64,000 nucleotides of DNA from the NCBI GenBank assembly GCA_035221665.1, contig CM069140.1, positions 23,746,001 through 23,810,000 on the forward strand. Reading direction: 5' to 3'. The position numbers and the translations under genes were made by a program. Positions within the stretch are counted from its first letter, which is position 1, and each line of letters begins with the position of its first letter. This stretch comes from Okamejei kenojei. Lineage: Eukaryota. The notes beneath the pieces were generated by a model. It was given only the letters and a program-made list of their open reading frames with translations. It made no database searches and had not been told where the DNA came from. Positions 48,940 through 60,675 of this stretch are shown here, one piece after another.

Positions 48940-50845
48940 CTGCACAACATGGATAGATGACGTTTTAGTTTGGGACTTTTTTCAGAGTGGTTGCAGTAAA
49001 GGGCCTGTCCCACTTGGGCGACCTAATCCGCGAGTTCTGGCGAGTTTGCCCTCGACTCATACTCGCAGCATGGTCGACACGAGGTCGTAGGAGGTCTTCA
49101 TAACTCTCCTTCATGCTCGAGAGTGGTCTCCGCGTACTCGAGGCCTCAGCTAGGCCGCGGCGTTTTTTTCAATATTTAAAAAAATGCCCGTGAGTAAATA
49201 AAAGGTCGCCATGGTAAAAAAAAAATCGATATTTTTTTTTACTCGTAGGTTTATTCGTAGTAGGTCGGCATGTTAGTCGTAGGTAATCGAGGGTAGTCGT
49301 AGACAGTCGAAGGGAGGTCGAAGGAGGTCCGTCTTCACTCTCCACTATTCGGCGTCCAATTTTCCCGAAGTTATTCGTAGCTAGTCGTAGCTAGTCGAAA
49401 CTGGTCTTCAACATAGCCGAAGGAGGTCGAAGAGGTCTTCTACATCGTCAAAGGAGGTCTTCAACATGTCATTTTTTCAAACTCTTCTAAACTCGCCAAT
49501 TAGGTTGCCCAAGTGGGACAGCCCCTTAAGGGGAAAGAAAGCTGGAAGAGAGGTGGGTGCAGGGCAAAGTCTGGCAAGTGATAGGAGGATGCAGGTGAGG
49601 GGTGGAGGTTGATTCGCAGATGGTTGGATAAAGGCCAGAGGTGAAAACACAAATGAAATAAGGAGAAAAAGATAGAAAAAGGTAGAAGGTAATGGGAGGG
49701 GGTGTTGGGAAAGTGAGAAATGAGTGCACATCTAAGTGGAGTACAAGGAAGAAAAGGGAAAAAAAGAGGTGGGGAAGCACTATGGGAAGGGGGGGGGGGA
49801 TTCTTGGATACTTAAAATTGGAAAATTCAATGCTCATACCGTTGGGTTGTAAACTACCAAGCGGAATTTGTGTTGTTCTTTCAGTTTGCATGTGGCCTCA
49901 CTCTGACAATGGAGGAGGCCCACAACAGAGAGGTCTTCAAACATAATCCCACCACTAGTCACATCCCACCATCACCACCCCTTTCTGCCATCTGCAGAGA
50001 CCTTTCCTTCTACAGCCTCTTGGTTCATTCATCCTTTCCCACCCAAACCTCCCCCTCCCCAGGTACTTTCCCTTGCAAATGCAAGGGATTTGACTGCCTT
50101 TCCATAGTCATCCAGGGACCCCAGCTGTCCTTCTAGTTAAGACAGAGGTTCACGTGCACCTCCTCTTACCTTATCCATTACATTTAGTGTTCTCGATGTG
50201 GCCTCCTTTAGATTGGTAAATCCAAGATTACCATTTGGCAGAAATGCACTCAGTCCGCCAGGGTCTGCTGGAACTGCTAACCATTTCAACTTCTCTTCCC
50301 ATCCCACACTGACCTTTCTGTCTGGGCCTCCTCCATTGCCAGAGTGAGGCCACGTGCTAACTGGATGAACAGCACCTCATACTCCGCTTGGGTAGCTTAC
50401 AATACTAATTACCATATGAACATTCAATTCGCCAATTTTAGGTAACTAACCTACAAACAACCCCCTCCCCCTTTATTTCCCTCTTCTCAATGTCCCATTT
50501 CCCTTCCCCTGTCCCCTTCCTCTACATTCCTCTGACTTCACATTTCACACATCTTTTAATTTTTTTAAATGTTTTAATCTTTTATTCTTTTCTCCTTATC
50601 TCACACTTTTTGTCTTTTCATCTCTGGCCTTTGTCCACCCATCTGCCAATCGACCCTACCCCCCCACTCACCATCACCTGTATCCACATATCAATTGCCA
50701 GACATTGTCCCCCCCCCCCCCCTCCCCCCCACTACAACGTCACAAGAAAGGTCTGGCATATCCATGTCTACTGAGATGCTACCTGACCTGTTGAGTTATT
50801 CTAGCGATTTGTAACTTCTTTTGTAAACCAGCATCTGCAGTTCCT
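48940..50845. mobile_element. Penelope-like element with inverted 3' duplication (minus arm 48940-49921, plus arm 49940-50845), MITE inserted in the minus arm
   Basis: Minus arm has LGSLQPNGMSIEFSNFK plus 3' UTR. Plus arm has PSPGTFPC.C...QGP..SF.....FTCTS...EQHLILRLGSLQ plus 3' UTR and pLTR end. Confidence 0.8.
49000..49526. mobile_element. PIF/Harbinger-type MITE (527 bp)
   Basis: 37-bp TIR AGGG(C/G)CTGTCCCACTTGGGC(G/A)ACCTAAT..GCGAGTT with 4 mismatches. TAA TSD at 48997-48999 and 49527-49529. Confidence 0.92.
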
Positions 50846-51734
50846 GTGTAACTGTGAAAACAGGGGTTTCAATGAGCTGAATGTTGCTCCTTGTGTTTGT
50901 AAATTTATTGTTATTTTACAAAAATGCGACCATAAGCATCATTATCAGAGTATCCAGCGAGAGGCAACCGCAGTAAGCACAGTTACTGTATATTATTACA
51001 TTGATTTTGGATGTTGATGGGAATAGAACAAGATCAGAAGAATTTAGACTAAATGCTATGTAAGCAACTCCAAGGTCTCAGAACCTACTACTTAATACGA
51101 CAACTGTCATTTTATCCAATTATAGTGATACCTCCTTTCAATGTTATCCGCTTGTCATTAGCTCCAAATTGACATTTTACATTCTGTTTTTTTTTTCTCA
51201 CTACTTCTTGCATTAGCTCTGGGGAAGTGTGTTCAACAGTTAATATTACATGAAATAGAACAACGTTATTTCCGGAATCCAATTACTTTAACAGGCTACA
51301 CCGGGTCATGGGATAGTGAGAGGGAATGTCAACCTGTACCTTCACCTTGTTTGCAACCTAATGCGATGCCACTTTAGCTTGAATGTCTCAGGAGTTTTCA
51401 AGAGATGTACTCATACATATGGAAAGAATACTTGAGCAAGAGTACAGACAGTGGATGAAATCCATGAAATTGTCTCGTGTAAATGAATGCCTTCAAGAGA
51501 GAAGCAGACATTTAAAGGGAGAAAAGGCAGAAAACAAGCATGCTTGTAATATTTCAAAATAATTTCATCATGTCAAGGTTGTGTTTCAGATATTGAGAGG
51601 GAGTGCCTTGGCTTGAGATTAAAGATACACCAATCCCATTCACATGTCAGGCTTTGGTAGCCATACTACTGGGGCTTGACCAACACATGCAGAAGGAGGT
51701 GGTGCAGATCAGAGTAATGTGCCTCAAAGAAGGC

Positions 51735-51953
51735 CTGTGGAATTCTCTGCCTCAGAGGGCGGTGGGGTCGGTTCTCTGGAAACTTTCAAGAGAGAGCTAG
51801 ATAGGGCTCTTAAAGATAGCGGAGTCAGGGGATATGGGGAGAAGGCAGGAACAGGGTAGTGATTGGGGATGATCAGCCATGATCACATTGAATGGCGGTG
51901 CTGGCTCGAATGGCCGAATGGCCAACTCCTGCACCTATTGTCTATTGTCTATT
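51735..51953 (+). mobile_element. CR1 3' fragment
   Basis: LWNSLPQRAV... and 3' tail ending (ctattgt)3. Confidence 0.88.
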
Positions 51954-52013
51954 GAGACAAGGGCGAAGTGTGAGACAAGTTTTGAGTAGGAGGCCATATC
52001 AACAATGGATTTA

Positions 52014-52237
52014 GAAAGAAGGAACTGCCGATACTGGTTTGCCAAGGAAAGATACTAAATGCTGGAGTAACTCAATGATCAGCCAGCATCCCAGGGGAAC
52101 ATGAATAGGTGACATTTTGGATCAGGATCCTTCTTTAGACACTGAACTAAGGTTCCAATTCGAAATAACACCTATCCATGTTCTCCACGAATGCTGCCTG
52201 ACATGCTGAGCTGTTGCAGCATTTTGTATCTTTCTTT
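52014..52237. mobile_element. Older Penelope-pLTR hairpin element, 13-bp TSD
   Basis: TSD aacaatggattta at 52001-52013 and 52238-52250. Inverted arms meet near 52140. Confidence 0.8.
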
Positions 52238-55200
52238 AACAATGGATTTACAGGGAGCTCTGCACTTGAGAGCAAAGCTTGAGGGCACTCTGCTTCTCCA
52301 AGAAGGTCCTTCAGGTGAGTGAGCACTCACTGCGGAGCTGGGCCAGAAATGCTTTGCCAGTGGCTGTCAAAATAACAGCTTTCTTGAACATATATGCCCC
52401 TGACTCTTTGAATCTGGCACTGGAAAACATATGCGTTAGGACATGAGAAAACAAAATGTGAGTAGCCAATTTGTTGCCTCATGCCCACTCTACCATACAA
52501 CAACATCATGAGTGATATTTGCAGTAGTGCCACGTCCTTGCACAAACCCATTTCTGGTTCTAGACACTCAATCCTGGGGAATATAATCAAAAGCATCTGC
52601 CCTTTCAAGCCCCATTGGAATGTTATATATTTCAGTGAGATCATCTCTCATTCTTCTTAACTCAAGAGAGCAAATATGGAGTCTGCTAAATCACTCCTCA
52701 TCTGACAATATTACCGATCCAACATGCTGCATGTTATTAGTCACTTGGCTTTCAACCCAAAAGGACCCATTTATTCTTGGTTCTTATTTATTTGTTCCAT
52801 GCTATCTCTGTTCACCTATGCTATAACCATGTATTGACTTGATAGCACACATTTGTACCTTGGTACATGTGACAATAAACTGAACTGAACTGAACTCATT
52901 AATTTTGTTTAGTTTACGTGACACTTTATTTAAAGTTTTTCAGTCTCATTAGTTGCTCCAGTGCTAGTATTTTATTAGGGCTAATTTCTTTACACATTTC
53001 TTTGAACGTTACATAGTTTGTGATATGTTACTGCATTGGAGAGATGATGCGGGCTTTGCTTTCAAAGACTACCTGATTCCACTTCATTAAGTACAGAGCC
53101 GCTGCCTGAGTTACAGTGGGGATTTTCCAGGGTGACAAGATTCCTGGAGGTGAAAGAAGTATTTTTGTTGCACCCATATCACATTGAGAGCCCTGAAATG
53201 GTCACAAAATAAGAAGGACTATCATTGTCACAGTTGGCCTGATCATTCTCCCCCCCAGCCAGCTATTTTGTAAAGAACACCAACTACAGATAAAGCTTAA
53301 GGCAGATATAGATAGACTCTTGATTAGTACAGGTGTCAGAGGTTATGGGGAGAATGGGGCTTGGAGGGAGAAATAGATCAACTTGATGGGCCGAATGGCC
53401 GAATTCTACTCCTTATAACAGCTTTGCGCAGTTTAGCATATTCCTCAGTTCTGCATCTGTGCATTAGAGTGAGCATACGAGGAGCTTGATCCGTATCACA
53501 CAACATTGTTCAGTTTAGTTTATTGTCAGATGTACTGAGGTTGCGCACCTTGTTGCGTGCTGACCACTCAGCGGCAAGACAATGATTCCAATCAGGCCAT
53601 TCACAGTTTACAGATACATGATAAGGGAATAAAGTTTAGTGCAAGATTAAGATAAGGCATTGAAGATGTAAACATAGATAGGCTTGATCTTATTTTATTA
53701 AATGTTGACATTTTCAATTTATGCCAATTTAATGTTTTCTTAAATAAAGTTTATTTTAAATGTTTTAAAGTTTTTAAAAACTATTTCAACTGATGTTTCC
53801 CATCATCAGAAACAATAAAAAGTTGAAATGGCCCTTGACAACTGCCAGGGCAGTCGGGGAGAAGTAATGTTGCTGTTTGCAATCTCCCACCTGAGGTAAA
53901 GTTCTGCTTGCAGTCTGCTACATGTTGTGAGTTAGGGGTGATGGTGAATTCTGGAGGCTGGCTATTATGTTGTGGGAAACTCATCATACTCCTCTAATCA
54001 TTTCCACCATTTACAAGCACAGCCCCTGACAATAATGGAATGGTCTTCATTTACTTGGAGGATTGCAGCCCCATAAATAGTCAAAATGTTCAACATCACC
54101 CGGGGTAAGGGAATTGGTTGATGGGCACAGCAGCCTGAACATTCATTCTGGCAACTATCCGTGCACTAAGGCTACAGGATGTAACATCAAAGATGCACAT
54201 CATCATGTTCATTGATTTATTTGATAGACCCTCCCAAGCAGCAATCTCCTTCCATCCAGAAGTACAAAAGAGGAGGGTAATGAAAACCGCTACAAACTGT
54301 AGTTTCTTTAACAAGTCACATCTCATCCTAACTTGAAAATTTGCTTCCATTCCTTCATTCCCAATTCTCATTCCTACTCTCAGCATGAGATCCATTCAAC
54401 ACACAAACAGCAGTAGTTTAAGTAAGTAATACTCTTATATCTTTACTTGAAAAATTGGGACCAGCATTAAATGTTGGCCTTTCCAAATAGCACCCACACC
54501 CATGAGTGAACAAAAATGTAAAATAAATCCATATTCCATCCCAGTATCCATCTTAGCTGGTTCCTGCTCTGATTGTCTCAGTGTCTGTTTGCCTACAATT
54601 GATGAATACAAGGCCAAACCAAATTAATAATCCAAACTAAATATATGAGTCAATTTAAAACAATTTAAATGTTATTCTCTGCTGTTATGAAGTATCGTCC
54701 CAGTATGTGCTGATGGAGGTCTGCTGACTTTCAGTGAAGCAACCTTGTTGGCAACCCCTAGTAGCTCTGGCTCTACAAAAGCTGAACTGGGATAATAGTG
54801 TCTCACCATTAAATGCAGTTTGTCTGGCTGTTTGTATTCAGAAGATTGTCAAACAAGCAATAGAAAAAAATACTGCCAGAATGACAGTGGTGGTGAGATC
54901 ACGAATGCTAACACCCTGAGGTAAGATATCTGATCAGTGTTACGCCCAACCCCGGCCTTTGCCCAGGCCAGTACCTCACCAATTTCAGTAATGTGCTGTA
55001 GGATAGATTGTTGGAGTGCCATGTTAAGCTTACAGCATCTTTCAAAATAGGTATCAAAAGCCCTCATAGCTGATATCCACAGCAAAACATACACACTGGG
55101 TAGCCTCTGCTTGTACTAGTTTGAACATTTCATGCTGGTATGGTTTGGTTCCAAGCTGCGTACAAACCCCTGTACAAGGGAATCCCTATTTTCATGACTG

Positions 55201-57569
55201 TTGCTGCCTGCGACCTGAGAAAATAACATTTCCAAGGTGGGGGTTATAATGATGGGAGCGATGGTGATGGGGATGAGGTGGTTGGCAAGAAAAATACAAG
55301 AACACATCATCTGTAGAATTTAAATCAGAAAAGATAGTGGAATGAAGAAGAAATGGGAATAAAAAAGAGTTTTGGGTCTGAGCACACAGTTGTCATCAAT
55401 AATCTATGTGTTGATGGGCACTGACTCTGTGGCAGCTACTCCAACATGGCGATCCAACCACTAATTTCCAATGGTATCCAATTTCTGAGACTGAGAGTGG
55501 AAACTGAGAGTGGATACAGTGTATCAATTTTAATTGATGACTAGTTCATACAACATCAGTAGTTCTTATTAATTGTAATTTTTTCCCCTTTAGAACCACT
55601 TTTTTGTTAATGCATTGAAGTCTTTGAACAAAAATCATGGACGTTTGCTTCAAGTGTTGACTATCTTGATGTGACTACAATTATAACATGCAGAATGCAG
55701 TTATGTTAAAATCGCGAAGACTAGTTCATGTTTTGTGACTCATCTTACTTGCAAGATGGATGTGTTATAAAAAATTTTATGGCACTGTGTGCACTGGGTA
55801 ATATATCGACACCTTCAAAAAAGTAACATTAAGACAGAGACGTACAGTATTTGATGAAACATAAATCACACCCTGCTTTTGGTTTTAGCACTTGGTTTTT
55901 GTGAACTCGTATAAGTCACATTGGAGTATAAGCTGCACTTGATATATTATGGACAGGTGGCATCAACGTGGATAACACATATGTCAATCAAAAGCTTCAG
56001 TTGCACATTTTTGGTTGTGATATTTATAAAGGTTTATTTTAATTTTTCATTGTCATAAAGTAAGTAAACTTTGAAACTGTTTGTAGATTTGTGGAGTCAA
56101 AGTTACTTGTGAATGTATTTGTAGCTAGTGTGCCTAAATCAAAATAAATGTTGATGTTATTTTACCATTATTATTATTGTATGTACATATTGTACCACAT
56201 AAGAGCATAAAAATATTTTTAAAAAATGGCAATTATGTACAACAAGGCCACTCCTTTTCAATTGATTAGTCTTCTTTGAAACATCCTATGATCTATTTTC
56301 TTTCCAGTTATTCAGTTGCTTGTATGTCATATACTTATTGACATGGTTTCCCTGTAACTTTATTAATTTTCTGATGAAAAATTCCAAAACAATTATTTTC
56401 TTCTAACTTTCAGATATTTTATTTGTATAACCTGTTGTTTAAATTTATTATTTTGCTTTAATCAACCTCAATAATTCTTACAATAATCCTGAAAATATAA
56501 TTCTGGTTATCCAAAGAGTTTACTTTGAAAAGAGCCTAAAGCTGTTCCCTAAACTCTTTGGATTAATGTACATATTGGAAGCATGGGATTATCTTTGTGC
56601 TCCAATAAAAAGGTCTGTCAGATAGGATTAAAACCTCAAACCAAATATAAAAGGGACATTAACATGTTACCAAATATACAAGGGACATTAACAGGTTTCC
56701 CGAGGCCATGCTCTAATTTTCTCCATCTAAGATTTTTCTTAAGACATAAACTCTGGAACAGAACCCTGTCCCACTGACAGAGCGACATGTGCTTTACCTG
56801 CATTTGAATAACTTAATCTCATTATTAGAGCATCTTTCATGACCTAACAATTGTTTCACAGCCAATTGCATTAAGTATTGAATTAAGAGAAAAGTACATA
56901 CCAAATTGCATTTACCAAGATTATATAATAATCTATTATATTTAGATGGTGTATTTACTATTAAAAAAAATATTCCAAGGTAACTCACAGGAGCATTAAC
57001 AAAAACAAAGAGTTTAAGGTGCTACATAAAGGCAAGTGTGACTTTGTTCCTTTGATTCAGATATAAAAAGGCTGTCTATGGGGGGGGCATGGTTTTCATT
57101 AGTGATCCTGGTGGAAGAGTAACTATTGGTCTGTGGGTAACCTGTCTTGTTCTCCTGTAGAATCCTTTACATCTCACACCAAATATCATAGCTACTCAAA
57201 ATGCAAAGTTTGAACTTAAAAGTAATACTCAGCCAATCTGCAGAAAAGGCTTCCATCCAATTAAATGGTGGATGGGGCTGTCTGGAAGAGCTGTTTGTGT
57301 TTTGAACATCTTTGCTGAAGTTTGTTTTCAAGCAATTTTTTTCTTGAATAATAGTGAACATTTTCACATCAGCATTTTTTTCAGGAGGGACTGGAAGGAA
57401 TAAAATAGTGGCTCCCCCATTTGTTAGAATTATATCCTTTGCCCATCAGTTATGATGATTACTGATTAAAGTTGTACAATAATATTTCATCCACAAACTC
57501 CCAAACAACACAATAGGAGTATTCACTAGATCAACTGCATTTGTTTAGGACAAAAGCTTATTATTACTT

Positions 57570-57775
57570 TCTCGTGGGTGGTGAATCTGTGGATTTTTTT
57601 GCCACAGAAGGCTGTGGAGGCCAAGTCAATGGATATTTTTAAGGCAGAGATCAATAGATTCTTGATTAGTATGGGTGTCAAGGGTTATGGGGAGAAGGCG
57701 TGAGAATGGGGTTAGGAGGAAGAGATAGATCAGCCATGATTGAATGGTGGAGTAGACTTGATGGGCCGAATATGA
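57570..57775 (+). mobile_element. CR1 3' fragment
   Basis: gggtggtgaatctgtgga.tt.t.tgccacagaaggctgtggaggcc...gatcagccatgattgaatgg. A shorter copy lies at 53310-53410. Confidence 0.8.
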
Positions 57776-58822
57776 CCTTATGGGCAATTTGTGATAGACA
57801 ATAAATACTGGCCTTCTCAGTTATGTACACATTATACAAAATTAATTTTAAATAATTTCAGAAAGTAAATTACCTGTTGACAGTTTTCAGGTTATCCTCC
57901 CTGGAACAAAATGAGTTTATCAGTCAGCACACAGAAGTAAAGAAAAAGGCTTCCACTTTTTTTTAATAGCAGCATAAGCTAATGTTTTAAAGCAATTAGC
58001 CCAAATAAGCACTGTCTTAATTCTTTCTTTGAGCCGCTGCCCACTTTCCCCTGCTGAATATCAATCAATATTTCATCAAGATATCTTGTTCTTAACGCTT
58101 TAACTGCCAGAATTCCCAAACTCAATAGATTATATGTGCTAGGCAATTGAAAGGAAATGTTATTCCATGGAAATGTAATTACGAAAATATTTTTTTGTTC
58201 ACTAATAGTTATATAAATCGTGTCAAAAAAAGGCTTGCATCAAATGTATATGATCACATTGTGAAATTCTTACCACATTGAAGAAAATACCAAAATATAA
58301 TTTAACAAAAATACTTAGACAGTACAATACATTCATTCACTTTTCAAGTAAAAATAAGATTATTTTCCAGCGTAATTTTAATAAACAATTATGTTTTATT
58401 ACCTATAATACAATATGATTTCATATTTCATCCATTTTTAGTCAGAATATTTAACTAACTAACATTTTCTGTTAAAAAAGGAAACTGCCATTTTTATACT
58501 TAGGCAATAGACTAGCAATAACGAAGGATTGAAAAGTATAAACCGACAAAAAGATTTATCAATTGCTGGTAGCCATTCTTAATAGGAGAAAATCAAATGG
58601 AGCTACATTGATATGAAAAAAATCAAAAGATCAGAACGTTGAACTTACATGACCTGATGATGTCCCAAACATTTTGTCGAGGAGGTTTTTAAATATATAT
58701 AATATCAGTTGTAATAAAGGAAAAACATGTTAATTTTTGTACATAACCAGCTCCCACAAGTACAGATTATATAAATGGTTTGGCTATATTTAATTATACA
58801 TATAGCCAAACAGCTATATACA

Positions 58823-58940
58823 TTTGGCTATATTTAAGAGGGAGGTAGACGTGGCCCTTGTGGCTAAAGGGATCAGGGGGAATGGAGAGTAGGCAGGTAA
58901 GGGATACTGAGTTGGATGATCAGCCATGATCATATTGAAT
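58823..58940 (+). mobile_element. CR1 3' fragment
   Basis: Near-identical to 26248-26365. Confidence 0.8.
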
Positions 58941-59857
58941 GTATGCTGAACCCAACCCCCTCATCTCTACCAGTGCCACAATCCATACTTCAATCCCCAT
59001 AATTATCTATCTCCACCTTAAATAAATCCAATCATCTGGCATATATTACCCTTGGGACAGATAATTCCAGAGATTATCTACCTATGTCATATACTAACCA
59101 ATCCTACATTTATTTTAACATTTGAATTATCATCCCTTTCTGTCCTTCAGATAAACATGTTGTTTCTTTGGTTAATCCTTCCACAGATTTTTGAGTTGCT
59201 GGATTAACCAGAAGCAGAAACATCCCATTCAGCACCTTCTGCCTGCACCATTCAACATGATTACTTACCTCAGCGTTATTTTCTTATACCAAACTCATAT
59301 CCCTTAACTCCCTTAATACCCAAAATATATTCAACTCTATATTGAATAAAACCAACTGAACCTAGACACCCTTCTTGGGTAGAGAAATCTAAAGATGCAT
59401 GAATTGGCAACCCCTTAATTTGAGACTATAATCACTGGTCCAGCCACCTCCACCAACATTAACAGTGTATTTAACCTGTGAGGCCCCTAAAGAATTCTGT
59501 ATGTTCAAATGTGTTTACCTCATTTTTTTTAAATAAAGTGAGTGCAGGCCTAGAGTGCTTAAATGTTTCTCGTACAGTAAACCCACCATCCCAGCAATCT
59601 ACTGAGTGGGCTTTCACTGCACCAACCCTGTTGCAACATATCCTTCCCCATGTAGCAAAATCTCATTAGGTTCTTTTTATTTGGAACACAATAACTCTAT
59701 CCTTGCACTCAAATCCTCTTGTAATATAGACCACATACCGTTTACCTTGCTAATTGCTCGCTAAATCTGCAAAGCTAAATTACTGCAGATTGTGCACAGG
59801 GTCATTTGCGTTAACACCAACATCTTTCTATCTCTCACATTAAAAAAACTCCACAAC

Positions 59858-60350
59858 ATAGAACAGTAGTGGCTGCAGAGGAACAGATCCCTTTTCCCCA
59901 TGCTATCTGTGCTAATAATAATGGCAACCTAAACTAATTCCCTCTGCCTCCATTCCTGCCCATTCATGTGTCTGTCTAAATGCTTCTTCAACATCACTTC
60001 CCCTTACAACGTCTACCACTCTCTGTGTAAAAAAAGCTTGCCTTGCAAATCTCTTTTGAACGCTTCTCACATTAAACCTATGCTCCCTTGTTTTTGATAT
60101 TTCCATCTATATCTATGCCTCTCATTATTTTTGTATTTATAAACCTCTAGCCAAACATCCCTCATCTTCCTATTCTCCAGCGAAAACATCCTTAGTTTAG
60201 TTTAGTTTATTATTGTCATGTGTACAGTTAAAAGTTTATGTTTGCGTAATATCCTTTCAGAGGACTACATATGAATACAATCAGAACGTCAATTAAAGTT
60301 CTACTACTCTCCCATGTAGGCAACATCCTGGTGAATCTCTTCAGCACCCC
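59858..60350 (-). mobile_element. Old CR1 3' fragment with an inserted Rex1-type tail
   Basis: Minus strand SKTREHRF.VR...FFTQRVV. The (tttag)n-led tail sits at 60190-60290. Confidence 0.6.
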
Positions 60351-60389
60351 AGCATGGTGATGCAGCTACCCGCTGGGATTAATAGGATG

Positions 60390-60675
60390 GCATGGCAGTG
60401 CCACTTGTAGAGCTGCTACTTCATACCACCAGTTGCCCAGGTTCAATCCCGACCTCTGGTGCTGTCATCGTGGAGTTGGTGATTCTCCCTGTAAATGTGT
60501 GGGTTTCTTTGGTAGATTCTTTGATTGACTTAATTTGCCTATAGCGCACAGGTGAGTGCTAGAATTTGGGATTGTGGTTCGGATCGGTTGCAGGAAAAAC
60601 TGTGTGAGAATGGATGGTAGTGCTGTGTGAGCTAGCATGGACTGAATGGGCTGAACAGTTTCCATCTCTGTTATA
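60390..60675 (+). mobile_element. Degenerate V-SINE
   Basis: B-box ggttcaatccc, then ggtgctgtc..gtggagtt...ttctccc.gt...gtgtgggttt. Confidence 0.65.

Noticed and set aside
49240-49470. Short reiterated motifs resembling an array
   Set aside because: Irregular subterminal repeats inside a TIR-bounded MITE in a vertebrate genome; no repeat-spacer periodicity, so not CRISPR-like.
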